Assembly: GCA_963514005.1 (NCBI GenBank)
Contig: OY740791.1
Coordinates: 51,832,001 to 51,896,000 of the forward strand
Source: Raja brachyura
Lineage: Eukaryota
Direction: 5' to 3'
DNA length: 64,000 bases
A program made the position numbers and the translations under genes. Below the pieces are notes generated by a model, which worked only from the letters and a program-made list of their open reading frames with translations, was not told the origin of the DNA and ran no database searches. Positions 61,925 through 64,000 of this stretch are shown in pieces; position 1 is the stretch's first letter; the number at the start of each line of letters is the position of its first letter.

Positions 61925-62233
61925 TGTTTGGTTTAGTTTTGTTTACGTTAGTTTGAGATGCAGTGTGGAAACACGCCTTTGTCCCACCAGGCGCATGATG
62001 ACCATTGATCACCCCACACAATAATTCTATCCTACACACAAGAGACAATTTACAGAAGTCGCTTAACCTACAATTATGCAAATCATTGCAATGTGGGAGG
62101 AAACCGGAGGATCTGGTGAAAAGCCCCACTATCACAGGGAGAGCATACAAACTCCATACAGACAGCACCCGTGGTCTGGATCGAACCCGCGTCTCTGGCA
62201 CTTTTCAGCAGCAATGCTACCGCTGCACCAGCC
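61925..62233 (-). mobile_element. tRNA-derived V-SINE (HE1-like)
   Basis: A box TGGTGCAGCGG, B box GGTTCGATCC, V-domain TGTATGGAGTTTGTATGCTCTCCC..CTCCGGTTTCCTCCCACA, CR1-like 3' tail. Confidence 0.8.
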
Positions 62234-63650
62234 CTTGTGAATGTGTGAATTCAGATTATTGAACATATGGATTGGGGGAAGAGTTTGAGAGGAGCTCAGA
62301 CAAATGATGGTGTGGGGAGATTGTATGGACATTTCATAGTCTCCCAGTTTATTCAAACATTCAATGAGAAAAGTGCAGGAAGGGCTTGGTAACCCAACAT
62401 TGACCAATGAAGAAGGGGCAGGGGAGGGCAGGTTTATTTGCAAACAACCAGCAGCCATGTCCATTCATCGATGGCAACAGGAGACAGAAGGTGATGACAG
62501 AGAGTTGTTTTTGCACCTGGATGCCTGTTACTGACGGTGACTAATGGTGTCCCACAAGGATTGGTCCTGGGACCTTGTTGTAACTAATCTACACAAATGT
62601 CTTAGCAGTGGATTTGGGAGGCACGATGAGTGAAGTTGTTAATAGTGTGGACAGTGGTCTTATTCTGCAGAGAGATGTCAATGTGTTGGTGGAATGTGCT
62701 GGAAAATGAAAGATGGATCTTAATCCAGACATTTGTGAGGTGATGTGCCTCCCCTTTATTCTAAGGCTATGGCCCCTGGTTTTGGACATATACCATGAAT
62801 TACAAGGTCTGACAAAGTATTGAGAAACAGAGGGACATTGGATTATCCATTGATCCTTGAACGTGAAAACACAAGTAGATAATGCGGTTGGAAAGGCATA
62901 TGGGATAGTGTGTTCATCAGTCAGGACATTGATCACAGAAGTATCGAAGTTATGCGGCAGATGTGTAAACTTTGGTCAGGACTCAGCTGGAGTACTGTAT
63001 GCAGTCTGGTCACCAAATGACGGGAAGAATGTGATAGCACTGGAGAAGGTATAGAGGAGATGGACAGGATGCTACCTGGGTTGGAGCTAATGAGTTCTGA
63101 GAAGAGATTAGAGAAGCTACATTTATTCCCCCTGGAGTGGAGGTCTCTGAGGGGACATTATTGACATGTATAACTGGTTAACATCGGTGAAATGGGTAAG
63201 TGGCCCATTCCAATGCTGCATGATTCTATGTTTGCACAGTTTGTAACACCACAGGTTGCAGGACTGCTTATGTAAACAGCATTCCCCATCCAGGTATCCT
63301 GAACACTCCAGTGTCCAGCTGTGAGATGGTCTCTGTGTTCAGTATTGGTCAGTATGGGCATGATAGACTGTGGGCAGTGATTGTGGCAGTGGAATTGGTC
63401 CAGGGACAGGACTTAATGCTTGTCACAGCTCTGTCACTTTCCCAAGAGCATCAGTGACACATAGAAAGGTGAAGTTTCAATATTCACCCAGGGGCACGGT
63501 TATCCCACGGTCCATATCCCCAGGCACTGCACCACAGCAGAGCCTCACACATGGGCCGTGAAGGAAGAGTGAATATTGGCAAATAGTGCAATGTGACATC
63601 AAAATGTGACCCTGATTCTAAGTATGAAGAGCAAACCTTGAGTCACTTAC

Positions 63651-63911
63651 CATTGGGCTCCTTATAGTAAGGGACAAAAAGCCGGGGCAGGCCTTGATGA
63701 AACAAACCACATCTCCAGCTCCCTCTGCTTCTATCAACATTCTGAATAACCAGACTCAGTGATTTCTCTTCCACAGTCATTGTTTTTTCTCCAACATTTT
63801 TGCCATCACCATCGATCCAAACCAGTCTCATTGACTTGGTAACGTGAGACACAGAGCAGGTCAGGGTAACGTTGTCTCCCTCAGTCACTGCATCAGACGG
63901 CTCAGCGGTGA
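63651..63911 (-). CDS. Gene B Ig D4 exon (C2-like, WxC)
   Basis: 261 bp, phase 1-1; 16 of 87 aa differ from gene A D4; GSWRCGLF. Confidence 0.9.
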
Positions 63912-63989
63912 CTGTGGAAACAAGCAGGTTGTTTACACCTTTAATAATTAATTCATCAGTAAAACCAGTGGCCGCATTCTGTCTCCTAC

Positions 63990-64000
63990 CTTTCACTGTG
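63990..64000 (-). CDS. Gene B Ig D3 exon, 3' end only (continues beyond the window)
   Basis: ..ACAGTGAAAG|GTAGGAG identical to the gene A D3 donor; same 78-bp intron length. Confidence 0.75.

Noticed and set aside
62170-62233. tRNA gene
   Set aside because: The A and B boxes belong to a SINE head followed by a V-domain and LINE tail; no complete cloverleaf

Overview
Eukaryotic genomic DNA, most likely from an elasmobranch (skate/ray-like), judged from the HE1-type V-SINE, CR1/HER1-like LINE tails and Penelope-derived repeats. The host content is two tandem paralogous minus-strand Ig-superfamily genes that I rebuilt from GT-AG exons. Gene A (leader exon 19552-19651 to Ig exon 587-856) splices into an open frame of about 849 codons with eight Ig domains arranged (V-C2-V-C2)x2. 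It carries the CD4/LAG-3-family F-strand WxC motif and cysteine-less D1/D5 domains. Gene B (64000 to 45954, 5' part outside the window) has matching D3-D8 exons, a transmembrane exon and a cytoplasmic tail with two ITIMs (IHYGSI, VIYAQI). Gene A may end in an Arg-containing transmembrane exon, which would make the two genes a paired activating/inhibitory receptor system. Most of the rest is transposable elements: an IR-DR Tc1, two DIRS tyrosine-recombinase retrotransposons that both integrated at an ATT core, L1/Tx1, CR1 and Rex1-like LINEs, a hAT MITE, a V-SINE, and two copies of a foldback-like element with a GA-rich core.
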